The position numbers were made by a program, and so were the translations under genes. A stretch of 64,000 nucleotides of DNA from an uncultured delta proteobacterium (lineage in GTDB: Bacteria > Desulfobacterota > Desulfuromonadia > Geobacterales > Pseudopelobacteraceae). Location of the stretch: the NCBI GenBank assembly GCA_963772835.1, contig CAVYYZ010000011.1:64001-128000 (forward strand), read 5' to 3'. Below are positions 21,025 to 30,502 of the stretch, piece after piece. The notes beneath the pieces were generated by a model. It ran no database searches, was not told where the DNA came from, and saw only the letters and a list, made by a program, of their open reading frames with translations. The stretch's first letter is position 1, and every line of letters begins with the position of its first letter.

Positions 21025-21592
21025 CGCTTTAACTTTTTCTGGCTGTGCGTCGATCATCAGTAGTGGCTCTCAAGAAGTTTCATTCAAGTCAGAGCCAGAA
21101 GGCGCTCTCATTGTGATTGGTGGCCGTGAAATGGGCAGAACTCCAATGACTTCAAAAATTGATCGTAAGTCCGGTCAGGTAGTTTCTTTTAGGCTTGATG
21201 GCTATAAAACACAGGAAATGCCACTCGCATCCACTGTGAACGGATGGTTCTTTGGTAATATTATTTTTGGAGGGCTATTCGGATCAACAACTGACAGCGC
21301 TACAGGTGCTATAAATGAATATTCACCTAGCTTTTACAATGTCACATTAAGTCCCATCAAATCATCAAGTGTCATTCCTGTTGATGAAGTTAAAACCTAT
21401 GTTATTGCAAACTACAAAAGCATTTATGAAGAACTGAACACCACGTCCGGTCAATATGTTAAATCACTTTGGACATTACTCAATATAACGATTGATAAAC
21501 AGCCTGAGGCACTTGAAAAGTTGAAGAAGCTCAGTGAAACAAATATGGATATCATTGAATTTGCAAAAAAAGTATCAGCTCAATTTAGCTGA
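21025..21592 (+). pseudogene. PEGA-domain lipoprotein with DUF3015-like C-terminus; 5' signal peptide apparently lost
   Basis: Lipobox LTFSGC, then SEPEGA..GRTP..LDGY (PEGA-like) and SGQYVKSLWTLL; no nearby start codon and the upstream in-frame sequence does not look coding. Confidence 0.6.
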
Positions 21593-21605
21593 TCTGAGAT
21601 ACAGA

Positions 21606-23510
21606 ATGGTTTGTTTTAAAAGGGTATACAGGGTCGTAATCGGAGCTGTATGCCCTCTTTTTATGTTGTTTGCCTATTTGTCTTGCCCTTTTGCCGCCGA
21701 GGCGGCTGGAGCTGATGTTTGGATAGCAAAAGCAAAAACAATGAATCTCGCCAGTTCTCGATATTGGCAGGTTTTAGGTCACTACAAACCTCACCACAGT
21801 AGTTGGAAAAGCCTTGTAAGCGACCCCCGTTTTTTCCTCACTACTGACGGTAGGGAAAATCCGGAAAGTGAGTTGAATGCCGCTGTCCTTGGATTGTTCG
21901 AACCCGCACAACCAGGACATATGGCCTGTCGTTTCCCTGCAAGAGCTGAATGGCTTACAAAAACGCTTCAAATCCCAGCCACTGATCTACCTGTCGTTTC
22001 TTGCGATGCTAATAAAGTCGTTATGGATCGAATAGCTCCATACGAGGCTGTGCTTGTTTTCCCATCCGCTGCAATTCAAGGATTAGGCGCCATGTTCGGG
22101 CACACCTTAGTAAGAATGGATGCTAAAGACCGGAGCCCATTACTTTCGTACGCTGTTAACTATTCGGCTTTAATTGAAGGATCTGGCGCTCTGCAATATA
22201 TACGAAAGGGGCTTGCCGGTGGATTTAACGGGTACTTTGAACTAAAGCCCTATTATAACAAACTCAACGAATATAAGGAAATGGAAGAGCGAGATATTTG
22301 GGAATATCGTCTTAAACTTAATCCAGAAGAAGTTCATATGATGGCTTTGCACGCTCTTGAATTGCGCGACATCCCTTCTGACTATTACTTTTTGGATGAG
22401 AACTGTTCGCTGAATATCCTTTTTTTGATTGAAGCGGCTAGGCCTTCACTTCACCTTGTCGAGCATTATTGGGATAATGCCACATTTTGGGTCATACCGT
22501 CTGACACTGTCGGATACCTTTGGTCAATAGGGGTTCTTCAGAAGCCGGAGTATCGTCCTTCATTGGCCAGACAAATCAATTTCCTGTCAAAAGAGGCCGA
22601 TCCTAGCGTGATAACCGAGGCTGCCAGGTTAGTTGACCATCAAAAACCAGACGGGAACCTCGGGCTCAAAGATCCTACATCCAGCGAAGAGGCCAATTCA
22701 AGAGAACTCGCCGCAAAAATAATTCAATATCGTTTTTCCAAGTTGCAGATGACCCAAGAGGATTACCAACTGCAGTACGCTTCGCTGGTGAGAGGTAAAC
22801 AAGTTCCCGTCTCATTCATTCCTGCACCTGTCCCACCACATGAGGGGCACTCTGCCGGTCGGATTGAGGCCGAAATAGGATATGTAAAAGATCAGCCGTT
22901 TGTTGATTTAGGCTGGCGGCCAGCGTATCACGATATAACAGATCTCGGGACTGGTTATCCAGATGGAGGGACTCTCAGCTTTATTGACTTAAAGGGTCGT
23001 TATTACCTGGCAACAGAACATCTTCAACTACAAAATGCGGAATTGCTCGGTTTTGGTTCACTATCTCCTACTAATACCTTTTCCAAACCAGTCTCTTGGT
23101 CATTCCACACTGGTGTCTCACAAATGTATTTACATGACGGCAAGGAACATCTTACTGGATATTTAAATACAGGTGCTGGGCAGTCGTACAGCAATACCAC
23201 TATCGGACTTGCGTATTGGCTTATTAAGGGTAAGGTTATAGCTGGTGGGGGGGTAAAAGGGAACGTTGATTTCGGTCCAGGAGTGGAACTTGGTGTGGTC
23301 CGCAGGTTCGGCGATGAAACGCAGCTATCTTTCAGGGCTGAATCAGTTTACCTGAGTGTGAGTGAACATGATTTTTCGAGCTGGTTTTCTGCTGATTTTA
23401 TCCAAAAATTAAGCCAAAATAACAGTATCGCAATTAGCGAAACAATACATGCCATTGGATGGAACCGATATGTCCCGGAAACTTTTCTTAAATGGCAGAG
23501 ATACTTCTGA
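21606..23510 (+). CDS. DUF4105 / Lnb-type N-terminal domain protein with probable C-terminal beta-barrel
   Basis: CRFPAR, MFGHT, ERDIWEY, YYFLDENC, RPAYHD, aromatic C-terminus WQRYF. Confidence 0.85.
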   Translation: MVCFKRVYRVVIGAVCPLFMLFAYLSCPFAAEAAGADVWIAKAKTMNLASSRYWQVLGHYKPHHSSWKSLVSDPRFFLTTDGRENPESELNAAVLGLFEPAQPGHMACRFPARAEWLTKTLQIPATDLPVVSCDANKVVMDRIAPYEAVLVFPSAAIQGLGAMFGHTLVRMDAKDRSPLLSYAVNYSALIEGSGALQYIRKGLAGGFNGYFELKPYYNKLNEYKEMEERDIWEYRLKLNPEEVHMMALHALELRDIPSDYYFLDENCSLNILFLIEAARPSLHLVEHYWDNATFWVIPSDTVGYLWSIGVLQKPEYRPSLARQINFLSKEADPSVITEAARLVDHQKPDGNLGLKDPTSSEEANSRELAAKIIQYRFSKLQMTQEDYQLQYASLVRGKQVPVSFIPAPVPPHEGHSAGRIEAEIGYVKDQPFVDLGWRPAYHDITDLGTGYPDGGTLSFIDLKGRYYLATEHLQLQNAELLGFGSLSPTNTFSKPVSWSFHTGVSQMYLHDGKEHLTGYLNTGAGQSYSNTTIGLAYWLIKGKVIAGGGVKGNVDFGPGVELGVVRRFGDETQLSFRAESVYLSVSEHDFSSWFSADFIQKLSQNNSIAISETIHAIGWNRYVPETFLKWQRYF

Positions 23511-24449
23511 TCCAACTTCAATTACTAGATTAGCAATATTGTTGCTTCTTCTGGCACTCATGGTCATTGTTAACGGGTGTGACCTCTTCCTTTTTCATCC
23601 TTCCAAAGTATTTTTAGCAAATAGTACCGTCCAAAAGGCAGACCCTAAAGATATATTTTTATAATATCAAGTTGTTATGCTAATTTAAGCGGAACCAGTC
23701 ATGTTGGCGTGCTATAAGCCCGACAGACTCCTAGCGGAGATGGCGAGATACTGCATGGTTGGCTTTTTAGGGCTGTGGAGCCAAAAGGGTCTGTCCTAGT
23801 TTTTCATGGCAACGCCGAAAACATAACCACTCACATCAATCGAGTATTGTGGCTTGTACCAGAAGGTTTCAACGTGTTCATCATGGATTACCGAGGTTAT
23901 GGAATTTCCACTGGGAGCCCAGATCTAAGGGGGATTCACCGGGACGGACTGGCTGCATTTGAATATTTACTTACCATACCAGGAATTGATGCTGACAGGA
24001 TTGCATTGCTTGGTCAGAGTATTGGCGGATCGGTGGCAACATATGTGGCAGCCACAGCACCTCATCGTGAAAAAGTCAGGTTGTTGGTACTCGATAGCTC
24101 CATTTATGGTTATCAGTTAATTGCAAAAGACAAATTTGCCGCCTTTTTCCTCACATGGCCATTCCAGTATCCACTTTCGATGTTATTAAATGATGACTAC
24201 AGTCCTAGCAAATGGATTGCGAAGGTTACAACCCCGGTTATTGTGATGAACGACTCCAAAGATCTAGTTGTCCCACCTTATCACAGCGAACAACTATACA
24301 GCGACATTCTGTCACCGAAAGAAATTTGGACAACCAATGGATCAGGACACATAAGCTCAATGGCTAACGACAGTATTCGTAAATCTTTGGTGGTGCGGTT
24401 GCTGGCTAGTTTTGATCATATAGAAACACGTCAGTCAGTGCACAAATGA
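23470..24449 (+). pseudogene. Lipoprotein alpha/beta hydrolase interrupted by a ~65-bp insertion
   Basis: Lipobox VNGC and FHP upstream, stop at 23662; resumes in another frame as PSGDGEILHGW, HGNAEN, DYRGYG, GQSIGG; start uncertain. Confidence 0.75.
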
Positions 24450-24844
24450 CAACTTCTGAGTTCCACGTATCAACTACCTGGCGGACACAAATTGTCTCCA
24501 TAACTTCAAAAATAGCCACCATCATTGCAGATAATAATTGGAAGGACGAGGTCATAACTCTTTTTGTTCCGCATACCACAGCCGGGGTGACTATCAACGA
24601 GAACGCAGACCCCGATGTAGCAAGGGATATGGAGTCTTTCAGTGATGAACTGGTTCCGCAGAGCAATCGTTTCCATCACAGCGAAGGCAACTCGGATGCT
24701 CACAACAAGGCAAGTTTTTATGGTTCGTCGGTACAGGTAATCGTGCGGAACGGTAAAATGTGGCTGGGGACCTGGCAAGGGATATATTTCTGTGAGTTTG
24801 ATGGACTGCGGGAACGAAATATGTATTTGGCTTTTACTTCGTGA
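24446..24844 (+). CDS. YjbQ / UPF0047 family protein
   Basis: PHTTAGVTINENADPDV, EGNSDAH, LGTWQGIYFCEFDG. Confidence 0.88.
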   Translation: MTTSEFHVSTTWRTQIVSITSKIATIIADNNWKDEVITLFVPHTTAGVTINENADPDVARDMESFSDELVPQSNRFHHSEGNSDAHNKASFYGSSVQVIVRNGKMWLGTWQGIYFCEFDGLRERNMYLAFTS

Positions 24845-24974
24845 TATTCATATGAGGTCCATCCCAAAACTACTTCGCTCAAAACTAGAGATTACCGGCT
24901 TGTGTGGGGATAAGCAATTAGTTTACTTATTGTCCTGACTAAGTAGTACTATGGTAAGTTAAGGAGTAAACCAC

Positions 24975-25319
24975 ATGAAAAGCGATAAACATGATTTCAG
25001 AAAAAAAACTGATTCACATTGTCTCCTGATGGGACTTGACGGAGTGACCTATCAGGCACTGCTTGGTGATTTGTCCGTAACCGGAGCATTGATCACGTTG
25101 AGTGAAAAAGCTCCAAATGGGCTGAACATCGGTGAAATGTGCGGTCTCATGTTAAGTGACAATCCCAAACTGAGTTCTGCAAAGTATACGGGGAGGATTG
25201 TTACACTTGATTCTGACAGTGTGGGAATCAGCTTTAACCATCAGGAACATCAGCACCAGAAACACAAATATTCCCCCAAAGAGAAGGCAGTGCAAATAAA
25301 AAGTCTGCCAGGTCATTAA
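24975..25319 (+). CDS. PilZ-domain protein
   Basis: DLSVTGA motif, degenerate RxxxR, GISF; AAGGAG RBS. Confidence 0.7.
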   Translation: MKSDKHDFRKKTDSHCLLMGLDGVTYQALLGDLSVTGALITLSEKAPNGLNIGEMCGLMLSDNPKLSSAKYTGRIVTLDSDSVGISFNHQEHQHQKHKYSPKEKAVQIKSLPGH

Positions 25320-25443
25320 AGACACGTGTCTCCCGGAGACCTGGTCCGCCGCTGTGCAAGCCATATGAGAGTATATACTGACATCATGGTGCGGGGTGAA
25401 AGGGACAAAACAATACGTGGTAACCTGAACCAGGGTGAATCAT

Positions 25444-25629
25444 ATGGGAATGGAAAATAACTGCTATTGCGTAGAGAAGCACTCGAATCACATATGCATG
25501 TTGACGCATATGGGTATGATAGCCGAAATCAGAAACCTGACTCTCTTTCCAAATGTTGTATGTCTTGAATGTTGCGAAACAGCCGATTCAGAAGATAGCG
25601 TCTGCATACCGTTTCCGCTGTTCATATAA
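25444..25629 (+). CDS. Small Cys/His-rich protein
   Basis: CxxxHxxHxC ... CLEC ... VCIP pattern. Confidence 0.55.
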   Translation: MGMENNCYCVEKHSNHICMLTHMGMIAEIRNLTLFPNVVCLECCETADSEDSVCIPFPLFI

Positions 25630-25655
25630 CCATTGTAACCCCGAGGATATTCAAG

Positions 25656-25934
25656 ATGAAAAAACGTTTTTCCACAATCTTTACCATTACTGTTGCAGCC
25701 GTCCTCGTAAGCAGCATTGCCTATGCAGCCAAAAAGAAACTGCAGACAAAATCACATCCTCTGACCACAGATATAACAGAGGCGGATTTAGCCGCCGATC
25801 TGCTGGACAAAAGCGGGGAACATAAGCATAAGGCACCAAAAGCAGGCGAAACAAACAAACTTGATGATGAGAAACTTGAAGAGCTTACAATTGCCGGCAC
25901 ATCCTGCCGGAATGAACAGATCCCCGGAAAGTGA
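25656..25934 (+). CDS. Exported hypothetical protein
   Basis: GAGG RBS, signal peptide ending AYA. Confidence 0.6.
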   Translation: MKKRFSTIFTITVAAVLVSSIAYAAKKKLQTKSHPLTTDITEADLAADLLDKSGEHKHKAPKAGETNKLDDEKLEELTIAGTSCRNEQIPGK

Positions 25935-26075
25935 TGTCTGGTTGGAGTGAAGGTACAGGCTGTAAAAAAACTTTATATAGGGTACGGCAGTGATCAAAAA
26001 AGGCGATAAATCCGCACGGGACTGCCTGCCATGTCATTAAGTCAGTAATTTAAGTATGTTACAGGATTTATATAA

Positions 26076-26092
26076 TTGGCACAGCATATGCT
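26076..26092 (+). promoter_or_regulatory. sigma54 (-24/-12) promoter
   Basis: TTGGCAC-AGCAT-ATGCT with an IHF-like TAATTTAAGTATGTTA just upstream. Confidence 0.65.
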
Positions 26093-26135
26093 AAAACTGA
26101 ATACAGATTCATCACATTATCCGGAGGTATTACCC

Positions 26136-26363
26136 ATGAAAAAAGTTCTTTCTACTCTTGTTGCTGCCATTGTTGCTCTCTCCTTCTCGGCTGTCGTGTT
26201 CGCTTCTGATACTGCCAAGCCTGCTGCTGTCCCTGCTGCTAATCTTGCCAAGCCTGCCGTAGAGAAGAAAGAAGCAGCGCCGGTAAAAAAAGCTAAAAAA
26301 GTAAAAAAAGCTAAAAAAGCAGGAGCTCCTAAAACTGAAACTGCTGCTCCTGCTGCAAAGTAA
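26136..26363 (+). CDS. Small secreted Ala/Lys/Pro-rich protein
   Basis: GGAGG RBS, MKKVLST signal peptide, low-complexity mature part. Confidence 0.8.
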   Translation: MKKVLSTLVAAIVALSFSAVVFASDTAKPAAVPAANLAKPAVEKKEAAPVKKAKKVKKAKKAGAPKTETAAPAAK

Positions 26364-26385
26364 TTATTCTTTCACGCTGCTTAAC

Positions 26386-26416
26386 AAAGGCTGCATCTTA
26401 GGATGCGGCCTTTTTT
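26386..26416 (+). terminator. Rho-independent terminator
   Basis: AAAGGCTGCATC/GATGCGGCCTTTTTT. Confidence 0.8.
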
Positions 26417-26562
26417 ATACCGCAGAGTCGGGAAGAGCCCTTTTTGCGGGGAACCGGGTATTAGTGAGTGAAGCGTGCAGGTTTTAATAATTTAATTGTT
26501 CATTAGAAGGCTTCCGGTTATGTTCTCTGTCTGAAAAAATTCTCACAGGGAGGGGAATAGGC

Positions 26563-26811
26563 ATGTTTACAGAGTATGTTTCCGATATTGCTGCCCAGAT
26601 GGGGATGAAACTGAAAAAAGTGTCGATTTCCGGGGGGCTCAATGCGGCCTGTGTGGACTACCGCCTTGAGATTGCTTCAAAAAGTCATGTTGTAAGTACA
26701 ATGATTCATCAGTCAGAACTTGACAGCATTGAGAAGGGTTCAAGCAGCGGCTTTCTTGAGTTGAAGATACGGACGGCACTTGAGAGACTGAAAATGCTGC
26801 TGGAACCGTGA
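26563..26811 (+). CDS. Hypothetical protein
   Basis: GGAGG RBS, 82-aa ORF. Confidence 0.65.
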   Translation: MFTEYVSDIAAQMGMKLKKVSISGGLNAACVDYRLEIASKSHVVSTMIHQSELDSIEKGSSSGFLELKIRTALERLKMLLEP

Positions 26812-26955
26812 GAACAGTTCTACCTGTATGGTTGGAATCTGCTGAAAACATTTGAAGGGGTGGAAATTTTATAAATCAGGTGTATAATCGGGAACAACGG
26901 GCACGGAGATTATCACGACTGTCTCCGGACACAACTCAGATCACAGGAGGGGATA

Positions 26956-27567
26956 ATGAGAAAATTTATTCTGATGTTTGTCGTCGCAGCAACGGTAGGG
27001 TTCGCATGTAGTGGAAATGTGTATGCAGAATCGAATGTACATGATGGTTTTTTTCTCCGATTGGCTCCCGGAATCGGTTTTAATGAGACAACGTCGGACA
27101 TTGCCGGCAGTTCACTGAAAATGTCAGGGGCGAGCGGTCTGTTTAATTTTGCCATAGGCGGCGCAGTTGCCCAGGATCTCATTTTGCATCTTGATGTTTC
27201 AGGTGTCAGTACGTCAAACCCAAAAGTGTCGGTTAACGGGAGCACTCTTACCACCAATGTCTCCTCATCGACAACTACACTTGTAGGAATCGGCGCGACA
27301 TATTATATGCAGTCAAATTATTACCTGACCGGTGCTTTCGGTATAGCAAAATCAACAAACACCTCTTACGGGATTGACTACTCGACCAATAACGGTTTGG
27401 GAGTGAATCTGATGGTAGGAAAAGAGTGGTGGGTCAGTGACGATTGGGGACTCGGCATCGCCGGTCAGTTTCTCTTTACGAAATGCCCCGATGGCGCTTC
27501 CGGCGGCGGTAATCCCGACGTGAAGTCCACGTCAATCGGCCTGCTGTTTTCGGCAACGTACAATTAA
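26956..27567 (+). CDS. Small outer-membrane beta-barrel protein
   Basis: Signal peptide, HDGFFLR, GKEWWVS..WGLG, C-terminal ATYN. Confidence 0.8.
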   Translation: MRKFILMFVVAATVGFACSGNVYAESNVHDGFFLRLAPGIGFNETTSDIAGSSLKMSGASGLFNFAIGGAVAQDLILHLDVSGVSTSNPKVSVNGSTLTTNVSSSTTTLVGIGATYYMQSNYYLTGAFGIAKSTNTSYGIDYSTNNGLGVNLMVGKEWWVSDDWGLGIAGQFLFTKCPDGASGGGNPDVKSTSIGLLFSATYN

Positions 27568-27643
27568 CAGCGGTCACCGGTTTTCGGGCGGGAAGGTCCG
27601 TTCAGTTTTATTGCGTCAATGCTGAGAGACAGTACAGACAGAC

Positions 27644-27678
27644 AAGGACCCGGTCAGCATCGACCGGGTCCTTTTTTT
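27644..27678 (+). terminator. Rho-independent terminator
   Basis: AAGGACCCGGTC/GACCGGGTCCTTTTTTT. Confidence 0.85.
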
Positions 27679-27760
27679 GTTTGTACGCACCTCCCACGGG
27701 TGGTATCAATACATTTCATTCCCGGTCGGTTTCCGGACGAACAGGTGAGGGGAGGGTGAC

Positions 27761-28576
27761 ATGAATACCCGTGGCAGCTATCTGCAGGTTGCGGTAAATG
27801 CCGCCAGAATTGCCGGCCGGTATCAGAAGTACCGCTTTACTTCAGATCTGAATATAGAGATGAAGGGGGACAAGGATCTGGTGACGGAGGTCGACAAGGA
27901 GTCGGAACGGCTGATCGTGGAGCATCTTCTGCTGCATTTTCCCGATCATGATATCGTTGCCGAGGAGAGTGTCTACCAGCGGAAAGGTTCCCCCTGCCGC
28001 TGGATCATCGATCCTGTTGACGGCACCACGAACTACGCCCACGGATTCCCCTGGTTCTGCTCTTCGATCGCGCTGGAGCAGGAGGGTGAGTTGATTGCCG
28101 GGGTGATCTTCAACCCCGTGTATGATGAGCTTTTTACGGCGGTCAAAGGGGAGGGCGCCTTCCTGAATGGCATCCGCCTGTCCGTATCCCGCCGCACCCC
28201 CCTGAAAAGTTCACTGCTCGGAACCGGATTTCCGTATGATTGCGCCACTGATCCGGCCAACAATTTTGACAATTTCATCGCCTTTCAAAAGTGTGCCCGG
28301 GGAATACGACGGGCCGGTGCCGCCGCTCTTGATCTGGCCTCAGTTGCCGCCGGAAGGCTGGACGGATTCTGGGAACTCAAGCTGAAGGTGTGGGATGTTG
28401 CTGCAGGAGTCCTGCTGGTGCGCGAAGCGGGCGGGATGGTGACGACGTTCGATGGTTCCCCTTATGACATATTCACCGACCGGATCGTCGCCAGCAACGG
28501 CCTGATCCATGACGAGATGGTTGCGATGCTTGCTGCGGAGCACATCCGACCAGCTGCAGCACCATTTGCTGCTTGA
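27761..28576 (+). CDS. suhB: Inositol-1-monophosphatase
   Basis: WIIDPVDGTTNY, WDVAAG..VREAGG. Confidence 0.9.
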   Translation: MNTRGSYLQVAVNAARIAGRYQKYRFTSDLNIEMKGDKDLVTEVDKESERLIVEHLLLHFPDHDIVAEESVYQRKGSPCRWIIDPVDGTTNYAHGFPWFCSSIALEQEGELIAGVIFNPVYDELFTAVKGEGAFLNGIRLSVSRRTPLKSSLLGTGFPYDCATDPANNFDNFIAFQKCARGIRRAGAAALDLASVAAGRLDGFWELKLKVWDVAAGVLLVREAGGMVTTFDGSPYDIFTDRIVASNGLIHDEMVAMLAAEHIRPAAAPFAA

Positions 28577-28628
28577 AAAGAGCGCTGAAGAGGGTATCAT
28601 ACATTCTATGATTATTCCGAGGTTACCC

Positions 28629-29507
28629 ATGCTTCGTTTGAAGCGCTTTTTCATCATGTTTATTCTGGTTCTGGTGCCATGTACGGCGGTGGCGCTCGAT
28701 GTTCCGCAGCTTACGGGACGGGTCAACGACTATGCCCGGATACTTTCTCCCAGTGCGACGACCATGCTGGAACAGAAACTGGCCGCTTTCGAACAGGGGC
28801 AGTCAACGCAGGTGGTCGTACTGACCGTCCCGTCACTGCAGGGCGATGATATTGATCAGTTTGCCATCCGCGTCGCGGATCAGTGGAAGATCGGACAGAA
28901 GGGGAGCGACAACGGCGTGATCCTCATAATGGCCCAGGCCGAGCGGAAGGTGCGTATCGAGGTCGGGATGGGTCTTCAAGGTGTGTTGCCGGACATTACC
29001 GCCGGCCGCATCATCCGCGACGTCATGCGTCCATACCTCCGCACCGGGGATTTTGACCTTGGTGTCGATGCCGGTGTTGAAGCGATCATAGCCGCAACCA
29101 AAGGAGAATTCAAAGCAGCGTCCGGAGATCGGGCGCAGCGCCCGAAACAGAGGGGTGCATCCCGGTTTCTCACGTTTCTGATCTTCACCGGCATCGCAGC
29201 AGCGGCTCTCGGTTCCGTTTCCCGTCCTCTGGGAGGCGCTGCCGGGGCAATCGGGCTTCCCCTGGCCGTATCCACGATCTTTCCCGGTCTTTCTCTGACA
29301 ATTCTTCTCATTCTGGGCGCTGTCGGCCTTGGCGCCGGTTTCCTTATCAGCTTCCTGGCCCTCTTTGGTGGCGGCGGTGGCGGTGGAGGTGGAGGTTTCT
29401 ACGGAGGGGGCGGATTTGGCGGCGGCGGATTCTCATCCGGCGGCGACGGCGGATTCTTTGGTGGAGGAGGCGGTTTCGACGGCGGCGGCGCTTCCGACGG
29501 GTGGTGA
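28629..29507 (+). CDS. TPM-domain (YgcG-like) protein with Gly-rich tail
   Basis: GRVNDYA, WKIGQKGSDNG, RIEVG, GGGASDGW end. Confidence 0.88.
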   Translation: MLRLKRFFIMFILVLVPCTAVALDVPQLTGRVNDYARILSPSATTMLEQKLAAFEQGQSTQVVVLTVPSLQGDDIDQFAIRVADQWKIGQKGSDNGVILIMAQAERKVRIEVGMGLQGVLPDITAGRIIRDVMRPYLRTGDFDLGVDAGVEAIIAATKGEFKAASGDRAQRPKQRGASRFLTFLIFTGIAAAALGSVSRPLGGAAGAIGLPLAVSTIFPGLSLTILLILGAVGLGAGFLISFLALFGGGGGGGGGGFYGGGGFGGGGFSSGGDGGFFGGGGGFDGGGASDGW

Positions 29508-29512
29508 CAATT

Positions 29513-30145
29513 ATGAATAAGACTATTACAAAATATCTGAACAGTGAACAGGAGACCCTCATCCGGGAAGCGGTCAAGCGGGCCGAGTCCGGCACATCGG
29601 GAGAAATAGCACCCATGCTGGTGAGTGAGAGCGACGACTATCGGGAAGCAGCCGTGCATGCCGCTGCCATCATGTCGTTCCTCCTGTCTCTGGTTGTAGC
29701 GCTCGTTACAGGCGACACCTCGGTCTGGCTCTTCATTCCGCTCTCCTTTGTCCTCTACCTGCCGTTACTCGCTCTGGCCCGCCGTCTCCCTTTGCTCAAG
29801 CTCGCCTTTACTCCTGCCGCACGTGTACGTGCGGTCGTGCAGCAGCGTGCTGTTCGCGCTTTTCACGAAAAGGGACTGCACCGTACCCGCGAGGAAAACG
29901 GCATCCTTATCTTTATTTCCCTGTTGGAACGCAAGGTGTGGATACTGGGCGATCGAGGCATCAACGCGGTCATCCCGCCGGAGCGTTGGACCACTCTGAC
30001 TTCCGCCCTGGCCGCGGGGATACGCGCGGGGCGCATGGCCGAGACGCTGTCCGCCACTATCGCCGAAGTGGGTGATATTCTGAAAAGTCACTTTCCGCAT
30101 CGCACTGACGATGCCAATGAACTCCCGGACCTGATTGAGGATTGA
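29513..30145 (+). CDS. TPM-domain membrane protein
   Basis: AESGTSGEI, GILIFIS, NELPD. Confidence 0.85.
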   Translation: MNKTITKYLNSEQETLIREAVKRAESGTSGEIAPMLVSESDDYREAAVHAAAIMSFLLSLVVALVTGDTSVWLFIPLSFVLYLPLLALARRLPLLKLAFTPAARVRAVVQQRAVRAFHEKGLHRTREENGILIFISLLERKVWILGDRGINAVIPPERWTTLTSALAAGIRAGRMAETLSATIAEVGDILKSHFPHRTDDANELPDLIED

Positions 30146-30213
30146 TTCTGTGGCTGTACAGATTGTTTGACCGGGTTTTTCAGAAACGGCTCTTGCGCTG
30201 AATCTCCCCCAGA

Positions 30214-30378
30214 TCAGTCCCTGGAGCGGGTGCGGGTAACACCGGAGAGTATCGCAATGCCGATAAGTATGACGACAGCGATCATCACGTAGACGGCACT
30301 TACTTTTGCGACAGCAAGTGCCCAGGCGATGCCGCCGATGACAAAGGCAGATCCGATGAGATAAATAATCAAAGACAT
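30214..30378 (-). CDS. Small two-TM membrane protein (MSLIIYLIG...)
   Basis: AGGAGG RBS; two hydrophobic helices. Confidence 0.75.
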   Translation of the reverse strand: MSLIIYLIGSAFVIGGIAWALAVAKVSAVYVMIAVVILIGIAILSGVTRTRSRD

Positions 30379-30502
30379 GGTGCGTCCTCCTGAGCGGGGT
30401 GAATTGCGGCCGCTCCTGCGGTGTTGAAAAATGAGGAGCGTTTTGGACTGTTTTTTTCTATCAGGCTGTGCCGGGAAACTTCTACACGGTTTGCTTTTCA
30501 AT

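Larger units (their letters stand above)
20599..24850. mobile_element. Decayed AT-rich genomic islet at the tRNA-Leu 3' end (no integrase retained)
   Basis: Visibly AT-richer than flanks, GGGACA direct-repeat pairs, truncated and interrupted genes; right boundary approximate. Confidence 0.55.

Noticed and set aside
26278..26322. AAAAAAG(C/T)-type tandem repeat as a phase-variable tract
   Set aside because: In-frame Lys-Lys-Ala/Val coding repeat in an intact ORF
29365..29505. GGC-rich low-complexity repeat
   Set aside because: Normal Gly-rich tail of TPM/YgcG proteins
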